From positions 20,708,001 to 20,772,000 of the forward strand of contig OZ281500.1 in assembly GCA_965637545.1 (NCBI GenBank): a stretch of DNA of 64,000 nt. Direction: 5' to 3'. The position numbers and the translations under genes were made by a program. This document shows positions 18,712-34,000 of the stretch, piece after piece. A model generated the notes under the pieces. It did not search any database and had not been told where the DNA came from. It saw nothing but the letters and a program-made list of their open reading frames with translations. This stretch comes from Phallusia mammillata. Taxonomy: Eukaryota. Within the stretch, counting starts at the first letter, position 1. The number at the start of each line of letters is the position of its first letter.

Positions 18712-20893
18712 TCAAATTTCCATGTCGAACTGGTCCTCCTCTTTGTGGGAATCTGCATCGAGAAAAAAACAGGACATTGATATGAATTTTCAAGAGAAAT
18801 GAGGTGAATGGAACATATGCGAACGCCGACACGTATCAGAAGAAGCAAGGCACAGAGAATGTTATAAGGAACAGAAGTCAACACATGCAGAATACATAAG
18901 CCAAGCCATGCAAATTTAGAACTCCAAAGCAGCACACTAACAATGCACGGTAAAATATATATTTTCTAAATGCTCAACTGTGCTTAACCAAACCACGCCA
19001 TGTGCACTTAAACTGACACTGTACTGGTGCTGTGTAAGTAGTGAAGTTGTTGTGCTTGTGCTTTATCTTACTATATGACATTCGAATTTTCATCAACAGC
19101 CTTTAGTTGGTGGTTGTCATGGTGCAGTTGGCCATACATTGGCATGTCAGATGGCTCAACGCAGTCACTGAATTGTCCAGTATGTTGGGCATTATTTCCT
19201 TGCTTGGACATGAACAACTTCTGCATTGGCTTACAAAGGTTCCCAGGTATATTTGACTGGGACATTCCTCTGCCTCTGCCTCTATATGCTTGTGTATTGT
19301 GCACATTCCTGGTAGCTGTTGGAACGAGGTGTGGGGCATTGACAATGGTCTGCGATACAGCTTGTGAAATGACTTGATTAAACTTTGCCTGGCGCCATGC
19401 ATTTAACTGACTGGTAGGGTATGTTGGATTGGGTGTTTGAATAGACCCTGGTTGAGCCAATTGCCATAATCCATCACCAGAACATTGATTGTTATTTGCA
19501 TCATAGTGGTCTGGCATGGGAGGTAGTGGCGGTGGCATGTGCATGGCATTTATAACTGAATTCGCCACATTAAGACAAGTCTTCTCAACAATTGCACTAT
19601 TTTGCTGCATGAAGTTTCGCTGTCTGTATTGTTGCAAAGGACCTTTTGCCACTGGAAAAGCATCAAATCCTGCAGCTAGCGGAGAGAGGATAGGTGGGGG
19701 TGGCAAAGGAGGTGGTGGTGATCGGAGTTGCCAAAAATAACCTGCACACTAACTGGGTTGACTATCTCTCAGCGTAAACTATGATATAATTTCATGCAGC
19801 AGGATACTAAATAGGTATAAATATATAATTAGTAACATACAAAATCAAACAAGCATGCTTGCATGTTAACAAACTGCTAGCATGAAACAACAACTTGGTC
19901 AATATTGGATTAGAGTATGTGATGCAATGATTACATCATACATAGTGAGTCAGTATGCTTTTTGATAAATACCATGCAAATTAAATTTTAAACTAATTTA
20001 TGCTTCAACTTATTTTGTGAAGAGCAATATTTTATGCATATATAGATCCCATCAAATTTAATATTTGATAGTTACGAAAAACACACAACACAGAGCCCAA
20101 TGCCCCTTGACAATTTTTAGATATGATTGACATCTCAATAATGATAACCCAAGAAGTGCTTGTAAAACATGACTCTTATTGGTTTTGCAGGTGCTTTTTT
20201 AGAGATATAAATCACAGTAAATCATATTTCAGAACCTTTCAAAAAGTTTCTGAGTGTGCAATTACTTTTTACAGGTCTGTTTTGCAATGGGTTGAGCACC
20301 CTGATCAGTACTGTTTTAATGTTTTGTGACAAGCATATCTTTTAAACCCTGCACATTTCACAAAACTAATTTGTGCATTTTTACAAAACCCTTGCTTACA
20401 TTAAAAATTGATCAATGTATTTTCAAAAAAGCAAATTTTCTCCCAATTGTATGCAAAATCACCCACCTCCGTTCTCCTTGGGTATTTCTTTTTCCTCTTC
20501 AATTCTGCCAATAACCTTTGATGGTGATTTGTCTGGGCTGGTTACGCCGGGAATATCAGGTAGATTGCTTGGTGGAGTATTGGACATTGGTGATGCTCGG
20601 CACTTCAGCAGAAATGACCGGTCGTAAATAATTCTTGTGCCTATAACAAAAGATATGCATGAAACAATGTTAAGTTTTAGCAGTATTATAACAGTCATAT
20701 TTGTCTACCTCCAGGAGTAGTTGAAAACAAAGTGCCACCTGGAGTTGTTCCATAGTCGTGGGGCAGCTCAGACATATGGTTCAACTGCACATAATTGAAG
20801 TTGTGTTAGAAAATGCATAAATGAATACACACATTGTTAAGGTACCTTGATTCGTCGAATGGGAATCGATTGGGGTATGGTACCAGTACTCAT
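18712..20893 (-). CDS. EIF4EBP: Eukaryotic translation initiation factor 4E-binding protein, 112 aa
   Basis: Exons 20893-20846, 20784-20709, 20640-20467, 18752-18712. [81 protein letters not shown]: both TP priming sites, YxxxxL-phi eIF4E-binding motif, C-terminal TOS motif FDMEI. Confidence 0.96.
19072..19741 (-). CDS. Candidate alternative exon of 4E-BP encoding a ~223-aa Pro/Gln/Asn-rich tail
   Basis: The long open frame begins just after a stop, right at a GCAG acceptor in the phase (1) left by exon 20640-20467, and ends TA|GTAAGA at a donor-like site; read-on (TAG) and splicing to 18752 (TA+A) both terminate there. Confidence 0.6.
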
Positions 20894-22188
20894 TTTGATA
20901 CAGTGCTAAGTGTTTTACCTAGTGAGAATTAGTTGGAACTAAACATAAAACAGAAAACATTGCAAGATCTTTCACATCATTTTTGTGCATTGTCCAATTG
21001 TCATTTTTTTAAACATTTTTTTTTAACTTTTCATGCTACAAATACAAAGCAATTTACACACTTTAGTGTATGTATAAAAGACAGATATTGTTGTTAAGTA
21101 GCATTGATCTAAAAAACCAACAAAACTTTCACATTCCTGGTAAAAAACTAACAATATATGTTCCAAAATTTAAGGGTCATATACAAGTTAGCCGACATCA
21201 AGAATTTGAATAATAGCAATGGCATTACACTTTTGTAATGTAGTTTGTCTATATTAAAGCCTGCAAGATTCCTGTTATTCTTCAAATGTGCTACGAGCAT
21301 GTCTTTATTTAATTTAACCATTAAGCTGACTCAATCACAAAAATGTAAATTTGCCAGGGTTTATTTATGTTTTAGTTATTAGTGGTTTTGGTATAGAAAT
21401 TAATTTTGTATCAATATTAACAGATACAGCTTAACATAAATATGCATAAATTATTGTCATACTCAATGCAAATGTAGTCTTTTTTTTCTTTAGTGCAATT
21501 ACTACATAAGATAAAAAACTATTCAAACAAACAAAAACCGCAAAAATGTTACACACTAAAACATCAGTCACCATTGCAAGTGCATTATCGAAACAGATTG
21601 TAAAGTAAACGCGCCTAAAGAAAAAAACTTTTTGTCGCAATCACCATCATGGCGCAACCTTGCTGTGCAAATCTATTTACGTTCCGCTTCACTTGCTATA
21701 CGGGCCAGACATTGTTAACCACGTGATGTTAGCTTTAACAGCAAGATTGGAAACAACAAACTTTAGCGAGTCAGCAAACTTTGCGAAGGTGGCACAAACG
21801 CCACTTCACCAAAAATTTGCCTCCTAAATACACGAATAAATAAAAAATATTGTAAATCAACTCAACTGAACTGCGCCACTTAAACAGTTTTTATGTGGTA
21901 GGCTATGTTCCGAAACTATTTTATCTAGGGATGGACTGCTTGCACTTTGAACATCTTGAAACTGTTCAAAACGTTTTTTTGCAGTCGCTACTTAAAGAGC
22001 TGGACCATAAACTTCAACTTGTACTGGCGACTTTTTTCTCCATGACCTGACATCTGAGTAATGAGTTCAATCTTATGGTTGCGGCAAAAGTTAAAGACAG
22101 CCTGTAGCCATCCTGCCATCCTGCCATCCTGCAGACAAGATGTTTTACTGCTTTATAAGTCATAACTGTTTGTAGCCTAGCTGCGCAG

Positions 22189-22273
22189 TTACGCAATCAA
22201 TTGATTTACTTTCGAAAGAGGGGCACATTTCCGTTATGACGCAATTTTATTCAAAGCCCTATTTATACGCAAT
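22189..22273 (-). promoter_or_regulatory. Candidate 4E-BP promoter: TATA box with clustered C/EBP-ATF-like sites
   Basis: TATAAATA on - at 22260-22267; TTACGCAAT 22189-22197, ATGACGCAAT 22236-22245, TACGCAAT 22266-22273 (read on +). Confidence 0.5.
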
Positions 22274-22420
22274 CGAGGTGAAATCGTACTGGCGAATTCT
22301 AACAGCTTTATGACTTTCGTAATGTTTTATTTAATGATCTTTATGAAACGTCGTCAGCGGTGAGCCCATCAAGTTTAATAGGGACGAGTACGAACCCGAA
22401 TATTGTAAACTCAGTTGGCC

Positions 22421-22749
22421 TAGAGTTGTAATAGTCGGGTTGGGGCCGGGTTCGGGCTTATGTTTCATAAAAAACGGGCCTGTGTCAGTATTTTTTTTGA
22501 ATGAATTGCTGGACCTAACCTAATGTCAAACAGCCCCAAAAACGCCTTGTTGAAGGCTAATTGTATATTGTGTTTGTTGTCTTGGTCTTTCCTGGGGCTT
22601 TAATGTCTAGGCCTATCAATCAAACTTGCAGCTAAAACAGGCTTCACAAAAACGACTGGGTTCGGGTCGGGTTTCGGGCTTGTACTTTCGGGTTCGGGCC
22701 GCATTCGGGCCGGGTTCGGGATCCAATTTCAGACCCGTTAAAAACTCTG
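22421..22749. mobile_element. hAT-type MITE, family C (TTCGGGC-rich)
   Basis: Ends TAGAGTTGTA / AAAACTCTG; flanks AGTTGGCC / AGTTGGCT; internal GGGTTCGGG repeats shared with 33267-33481 and 38867-39234. Confidence 0.8.
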
Positions 22750-23057
22750 AGTTGGCTTATGGCCCACACAGTTTTAGCCTACATAGTTAACTTGGGTTTA
22801 ATAAACTGTTCTTGCTACGAACGCAAATTTGCTGTACGCATGCAAATAATTGTATTCGGCAAAATAACACATCAAGAAAGGTACACAGTTTTTTCTGACT
22901 TGTAGAAACACGAAATTGAGAACAAATATACCGGGGTAATGTTTGGCACAGCAAATATTGAGGTGTAATTGGCTGTAATAGGTTATTCGTATGTTTACTT
23001 TTAACCTCACGATAAATATGGTATTCGGTCAACGCACTAAAGTTGTATCTGTAATGG

Positions 23058-26292
<3,235 letters not shown>

Positions 26293-28267
26293 GTTGCTAA
26301 CTGACCTCCCTCGTGTACGAGTCTCGACTTTTGAGGGAATACGCGACCGATACAGCAGACGCGTCACGTAAAAACAACAATCACCTTGCGTAATAAGCTT
26401 GCATCACAAGCCCGGGTGTGCAGTGCCCGGAGAAAAAAGTGCGGCCGGCGCTTCCTAGAAGGACCATCCAGGTCGCGACTTCGCTCACGGCGCAACTTGC
26501 AGAGGTGTCGCGCGAGAGAAATCGTGAAAGTGAACTCACGGGTTACCGCGCAATTCGTGCACTTTTCGCAGAACCTATACGTGTACCGGCGTTGCGGCGA
26601 CACTTTCCCGGAAGGAGATCGCGCAATTTGCAAAGCTCCCGTAGCTGCATGTTTGGCAAACATTTCGCCTTTACTTGCAACCCTTCAGAGATCTAAGAAA
26701 CGTTTATTAGCTGCACCTCGTGAGACAGCAGTTAACCTCTGGACACGTTTAGAACGCCATTGAACGTGGCCTTCGCTCCGAGCTGCCGACGAAATATCTC
26801 ACCGCCATATTGATATTTGTGGCTTCTCGCACGTTTCGTAGAAGCAGCGGAGCAGCAGATAAGAGCTTCTTGGTTCGTGTCGGTGTAATCAAACCTAAAT
26901 CTGCGACCGCGGAGCCAAAGCGCCTCTCGCAACCCAAACAAACTTTTCGGATGCGATTCGCCCACTGCAGTGGCCAAAACGAATACATGCGCAGTGACGT
27001 TATGCTATTGGATTAACCCCTTTCGGCCACGGCGGTTTGACACGTAACATAATTCACCCAGCTATACGAAGTCAATTGTCATCACTTTCTGACACCCGAG
27101 GTGAAATCCTTACATGGGTTCGTGACAATGTTAGGGTTTTTGCTGCATTGATGGGAAATGTTTGTTGCGGCATAAGAGTTGTTTGCTAGCCACAATTGCT
27201 TTGGACAAACAGCGCTAACTATGCCAAACAACACCGGTATAAGGGCGGCAGCGAACACGTTCATGTTTACAGTTCATAACACCAGGGAACTGATGGATTG
27301 TCAGTCGTACCTCGCAATACACGTTGTCTGGTTGCAGCAAAATCTCACACACACAAGCTGCATGGCAAAAACCGCCGTTCGTTTTTGGTTAGTAATTTTC
27401 GTCGTGTCTTACATGATGCAAATTCGCAATTTGCGATTTCGGCCAGGCGCTGAGAGTGTGTAATTTCGCAGTACACGTGGAGTAATCGGCTTTGCTTGTC
27501 GCTTTCGTCTCATTTCGATCCCCGCCGCTCAATTAAATTGCAATTTCTCGCCGTATAAACCGGAAGATACGGCTTGTGTGTGCATTACGTCCTGTGCGTT
27601 GCACATAATAATCATCCGCCCATTGCGCCCGTTGTGCCTTTGGCAAATTATTTAAAGGGTTTATTTGTTGCAGATGATTATAATATGCAGAAAAATGATT
27701 TCTCAAGACTCTTGCTTCAAATTTTGCTGAGGTAATATGTATGCTTTTTACGTAGCAAATAATGGCCACACTGTAATTTGCAAACGTCCTATTAACCATT
27801 GGGTTGTCAGTAGAACTTAACAGATGTCGCAGAGGTCAAGTCGTCCAAGACGTAGCATTTGCAATTATTTTTTACGACCGGGCCAATCTTCTGATTGCTG
27901 TGTCGTACATCGGGTGTCAGGTTTGGTAACGGCGGCAGGCGCCTTCTAAACCGACCAGAGCCTTCCCAGAAAAGTGGATGGCCAATTAAGCGCGTGTAAA
28001 CAATTGGAGTTCTGCGAAAACTTGTGCAGTTGCGTTCGGCCATTCTAGGGAGTGAGAAAAGTGAACTGACATCGGCGCCTGCTATGCTTTGTGTCCTTTG
28101 GAATGATTGAACCCCCGATTAATGGCGTATTTTCTGTGATTATCGCGCGCATTGTTCACCTAAGCATTGTTCAAACAAAAACAAACGTGATTGCGGGGGA
28201 GGAACGCCTGGCCCATTGTCATGTGTCGTGTTTTGATTTGCGGATTTTCGGCAAATTGAGATTTAAT

Positions 28268-28420
28268 TGTCAAAGATGGCCGAGTGGTTAGCGCAAAGTG
28301 TTCATACGGTTGTGGGTTCTAATCCTATATCGGTCAATTGTGATATCTTGGACAAGGAGCTTGAGCGGTATTGATCTAACTCCCGATGGGTTGAACTACA
28401 TTGAAGTCACCAAAATCAGC
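28268..28420 (+). mobile_element. tRNA-derived SINE remnant
   Basis: Pol III A box TGGCCGAGTGG (28277-28287) and B box GGGTTCTAATCC (28314-28325) followed by a TTGGACAAGGAGCTTGA tract reminiscent of SINE central domains; no tRNA cloverleaf. Confidence 0.6.
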
Positions 28421-28697
28421 AAAAATGATCCAACAGTCTTGCAATAAACAGGCAGCTCGACGGAGGACCCATTGTGAGCATAACGCATTTAGGCGTCACC
28501 CGCCCACCGAGGATTAAAATCAAACAATAAAATTCCAGTTTTGAGAACCCAATTCGACAAATTACATGAAGAATCTGCAAACAGGATAGCTACGTTTTTT
28601 GCTGTCAATGGCTTAATGCCTTTTTTACAGCTAAATATTTTGGCAAGTCAAAAAAAATTGCCGTAGCGTTATCATTGACAAAACTAAAACCATAGAC

Positions 28698-28920
28698 CAG
28701 TGGTTCCCAATCAGGGAGGAATTTTAAATCTTTAGGGTAGGAATTAAATTTAATTTTTACACACATAAGCCCTGGGAATGTGACCCGTAAAGTTGTTAAA
28801 ATACCCAATTTTAAATGATCTTTGTATGGTTTGGCATCTACTATGCAGTATTTTAGGGAGGAATGAAAATGTTTTGAATTGTTAAGAGAGAAATTCGTCG
28901 AAAAAAGTTGGAAACAGCTG
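28698..28920. mobile_element. hAT (Charlie-like) MITE, family D
   Basis: Ends CAGTGGTTCCCAA / TTGGAAACAGCTG; perfect 8-bp TSD CCATAGAC (28690-28697, 28921-28928). Confidence 0.85.
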
Positions 28921-31001
28921 CCATAGACGAAATTTTTAGGGAAATTGACATAACCATTTTTAGCGTTACATCCAAACGACAAGATCTTTTTACTATATCG
29001 TGTATTGTTAATAGCCGGTCCGAAAAAAAACGGAGTTCGAAACATACCCAAGCAACAATAAAAGTAATAACGGCAATAATAATACAGTAATAATAAAATT
29101 CCTGTGCAAAGGCGGAATAAGGGAAGGACTGCATTTCACTCGGTAAACGTTAAAACGAGAAGGTTACGCCAGGATCAGTTTTGAGAACGATGTGCAAGGG
29201 AAATCCCCGAATTTGGATACACGTGACCCCCTAGTTGGCGCGTCGCAGTCCGAAGACAGGTTTGAATTTCGTGTGCGTCCCTGCGGCCAACCGTGTGATT
29301 TGTGGGTGATCAAGAGAATTGATTATATATTTTGCCCCGAAATAGTCGGCGTGATAAGTTAAGTTTCGAAATGTGACGAAAGATCATGTGATGAATTCGT
29401 GAATGAGTAAACGCACTCAGTAAACTCCAGAATTCCAGCATTGTCCAAAGGTCGACCACAACTTTAAAATGACAAGGCAAATCGGCCTTTGCAAAAAGTT
29501 ACAACGGCGGTTGACAGTTATAAAATTCAATTCACCCTTTACGGCGGTTTCACCAACCTATACCGCAAAATTACCACAAATACTTGCGTGAAATGCGGCG
29601 TAAGGTGTTCTGCCTAACCCCAGGTGGATAATTTGCATACAGCGGCGCGGTAGGGGGGCGGCTAGACACGACCAGTGCGTTCTGCGCGAAACAAAAGTGC
29701 ACCCGTGAAAAACAGTGGCTCAGATTGGCCTTAAAACACCTGCGACAAGCCGTGGAAGGTTCGGCGCGAATGCAAAGCAGCACCGAGAAAAGGGATTCCT
29801 CTTTCTACCGCGACTATTGCAGCTTGTCACGAGCCGTGGTCCCGCTTTGTGTGCATGGCGACCTTTAATGCTAACGCTGGATCCCAGGAGACCGGCATAT
29901 ACACTTCCCGGTACGTTTAAGGCGTCGCCCCTTTTTGCTTCTGGGTGCAGAACTTTCGATTTAGTGTGGCATTTCGGCATCCAGCATAAAAGTGTTTGCT
30001 TCGGTTCGTATATCCAAGCGATACAATTGCACTTTTTTACGCATAAAACACATTTTTGTTTCAAAATCGATTCCCAGACAGACCGAAAGTTATTGGCAGC
30101 ATCGGCGGAACAAAAGAATCCACTTAATACACGAACATAGGAGATATACAGTGGGTTCTGATGGTGGAGCGGTGAAGGCCAAAGTGGCGAATGGAAATCA
30201 TATGCGAGGTGAAATTTGCATCATAAAGGGTGAAGGGTTATGAGGTCAAACAACAAAATGCGTGTTTCAAGCCACAGGGGACATGGGGTTGTCAAAAGAT
30301 GATATAACTTCAATTATAATTGTCAGTTTATAGTCTTACGGCCACGTGTGTTGTAATCAAATACAAACGCCTCTTAAAGCATTGGATGAAGAAATGTGAT
30401 GTATGGGAGAAGGCAATAATAATATGCGAGTATGGCTCAAGCGCAAGTATAATTGATCTATAGCGGCTATAAGAAAGTATATAAAAGTGAGACGTATCAG
30501 GCAATCGCGTACGTTTTTGGGGGCACGGGTTGACAGGTGAACGGCTGTTGCGCCTATGGGATGGTGACAGCATCACATAATGCATACTCGTCCTATAGCG
30601 GGGCGCCATATATTTATCTGCACAATATACTTGCAATACAAAAGCTTACATCATGTATCACTTGAAGATATAGAAGATTTTGAGCCAGGTTTTATCAATA
30701 TTGCGAAAAGGAAAACCGGTATATAGCTGTATAGCTGAGTGAGAGTCTCGCAACGTATTCCTTTGAATCAGTCATTACTCCAAAGGTTTGACAAATTTTT
30801 TCGCAGACTTTGGACTCGGCACAGACGGTACATGTAAATCAGGACAAAAATATGCGAGAAACCTTTTAAAAAGCGCTCACGATTCGTACAGAGTACATAG
30901 TACAGCAATACATCAAATGTTGCACAAAAAGGGCGAAAATAAACTTGAAGAAGCACGAGAATGGCAACAGGAGGGACTTGGAACACGTGGAAAGTGCGAA
31001 T

Positions 31002-34000
31002 TCAGGAGTGCGACAAACGCGATCGAGCTGACTTTACAAAGTCCAGCAACGGCGTCGACTTAGAACGAGTCAATTTGCAACGGGCAGCCGAGGAACGGAC
31101 GAAGGCACGCCGCGGCGTTGAAGTTGGAAGCGACGAGCTACGGTGGACAGCTGCGCTGCTTTTGTTGGTCTCAATTTCGCGTATAAGTTCGCGCACAGGC
31201 CGCGGAGAATCTGTTTGCTCTGGGTCTGTAAGCTCAGGCTGTGAAGTTGTAGCCGAGAGACGCCTGTGCGGGCCCCATATAGAGCGGTACGTCGACCTGA
31301 ATATCGAACCTCCGCTACGCTCAGACTGTGTACGCCTTACACGACCTGAGCGTGAACTTGTGGAGCTTGGCGGTGAACCCGACACATCCCGACAAGTCCT
31401 GGGAGCCCGATAAGGAGTTGCGCTTACTAAAGCAGCTAAGTCCTTTGATCCAGTCCTGGGCGATGACGTCACTGGAGTTATTACGTCATGAGGGGTCTTT
31501 TTAGATGACGTTGCAGGGGAACTAAACTTCCCCACGAGATCACGCACCCTAACGTCATGATCATCTGTGACGTCACAACCACTGTCGAATACGTCACCGT
31601 CGCCTCGCTCCTTGGACGGAGACAAACTTCCCATAAGCAGTTTGTTGATTACCGTGGTTGGCGTGGATTGACGTTTTTCGAAGTTCGAGTTGTTAATAGA
31701 AGAATCGGTATTTGGGGAATCACTGGCTTGGTGGGATTTACTGTCACTTTTACGGCCTGTCAATTTTCTCACGCGTTTCTCGATCTCTCGTGCCATCTGC
31801 CGAACAAGACCGCGCCGTTTTGCTGGCTGCGTTGGTGTGCGTGAAGGCTCGTATGACGCTATTGGCTCCGGTTGATTCGGCGTCGAGAAGGATGAGGAAC
31901 GACTGCTTTCGTCTGAGTCACTCATAAGTTGCATTCCAACCTAAAATACCAAGAAAATCGTGAAAATCAAACACTTGTCCTATCACAGTGGTTCCCAACC
32001 AGGGGGTGGTGGAATTTTGTAATTTGTAGGCGGGAATTTTGTAATTTGTAGGGAGAATTTGTGTCACAATATTATTCTCTTACTGGTAGTCTGTGCTATT
32101 TGTTATTGCTGCATTTGCCATATATGAGCTGAAAAAGAAAGTTCTCGTATAATCGATTTAAGGCAGCAATGCAGAAAGTCTATAAGAGCCACTGGCCTAT
32201 CAAGTCCTCAGTTTTCAACACTTACCTCTCTTATAACTTGCAATATTTCGGGAGACAACGGGCCACTCCGCCTTATAGCCTCCTCGCCTTCTTCTGCTTT
32301 AGTCATATCCAGCTTGGGGGCAATTGGCTTGGCAGGACTGCTTGTCAAACTGAATGGTGGCGAAATTACAAAACTCTCTGGCGCCATCTCGCTAGCGGGC
32401 GAATTGTTATTATTATTGGAATTCGGATTCGGTTTAGGGGATGCCTGGCGGTCGCCGATGTAAAACTGGGAGTCGCCTTTTGCCGCGTTTTCCGCGTCAT
32501 CGGTTTCCATGGGAACCTCAGCCACTGGCACGAAAGCACATGACGAGCCGGACGGGGTTAAAGGTGAGGTCTGATGACGTCGCGATGACGGCATCGACAT
32601 GGTTCGCTGAATTCCTTCCCCTTCGGGCCGAACTCGAATTTCACCAGTTGAAGGGTCTTGGCGGCTTTCAATGGCAGTAACGATTTTTCGCACAGAAAAC
32701 GCTTGGGTTTCGGAAAATGACCGACTGCGCGGGCCCATAAGGCTTTCGTCTGTATTTGGAGGGTCTACAGCTTTGGGGACGTCAATATCCATACTGGTGG
32801 GTGGTAGAGATGCAGTCTTGTGGTGGCCTTTGACGAATACAGGCTTTTGGCTGTCCTCGTCTACTTGCATAATCGGTACTGTATCATCACAAGGCGATTC
32901 TATGACAGCTACAATCGCGCGGACCGGTACTGGCGCCTTCAAAGTCGGTGATTCGGGAGCAACGTCATCTGCGCTTTCAGGTTCGGCTGGCTTTTCCCCG
33001 GTAAAGCGAGACTTTAGTAAATCAAAGTCCACACCTTTGGCGTTTTTGTATGAGGGGCTGTTCATAGGAGAAACCATAGACGGGTGCTGCTCTTCTGCTA
33101 TGCTGACGTCGAGGTCTCCGGGTCGTTTCATTGGTTCGCACATTAGCGCCGCTGGTGACGAGCTACGCGTTTTTTTCTTTTCCTTCTTGGTCCTGATCTG
33201 ACGGCTTGGTGGTGGTTGTGTTTCACTAAAAATAGATTTGTGTTGAAGGTTGCTTAAAATCGACATCAGAGTAAGTCGGGACGGGCTTTTCGTGCCGGGT
33301 TCGTGCCGGGTTCGGACTGGGGTTTCTTAAAGAAAACGGGCTCGATTCGGGCCTGACTTTACACTTTGTCAGCATTTTTTAAATAAATTTAGCCAGCTAA
33401 GTAGCCAGTTACTGGCCCTAAACGGGCTTCCCAAAAACGATTCTGGTTCGGGCTCCAGTTTCAGGCGAGTTTACAACTCTGAGCGACATAGGAAACAGTA
33501 AAGATATATTTCACCATGGATGGATACAGGTAAAAAAGAACGCACTAGAAATAGCAATGTAAGGCATTCAGATTCTCACGGAGGAATGTTTAAAAATATA
33601 ATAGTGTTTGCCAAGTGGCCGTCAAGCGAGCAGTCGGTTTCTTGACTTACTTCCCGAACAAGATATTTTACGATTGCAAACAACCAAAGTCAATAAGAGC
33701 ATTTCCGTCCAAACCATTAAACGAAATACATCGTATGTATTTCTGTGACTAGGCAGCTTTTTTCATTAAATTTAGCCACAAAAAATCCAAATGGTCGGTT
33801 GCAAAAAGAAACTCTAATAAACAAACGTAGAAAATGTTACCAAATTAATGAAATTTCCTGGTAAGTAAAGCAAAGGACTGAGACGATTCAGGGTCATTAT
33901 TTCATGACTGCAGGATATTTCAAAATTAAACCACTAAATCAGTCGCTGTATTTTTGTTGTTTCACTGTATTTGAAGTCACGTCAGGCGAAGGAGTTTTTG

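Noticed and set aside
26364-27016. GC-rich cluster of ORFs on both strands upstream of the zinc-finger gene
   Set aside because: No frame shows a recognisable domain; more likely promoter or leader sequence.
28268-28340. Possible tRNA gene
   Set aside because: A and B boxes are present but there is no acceptor stem or anticodon arm; treated as a SINE head.
30961-33201. Plus-strand ORFs of 95-176 aa
   Set aside because: Antisense shadows of the two GC-rich terminal SSH exons.
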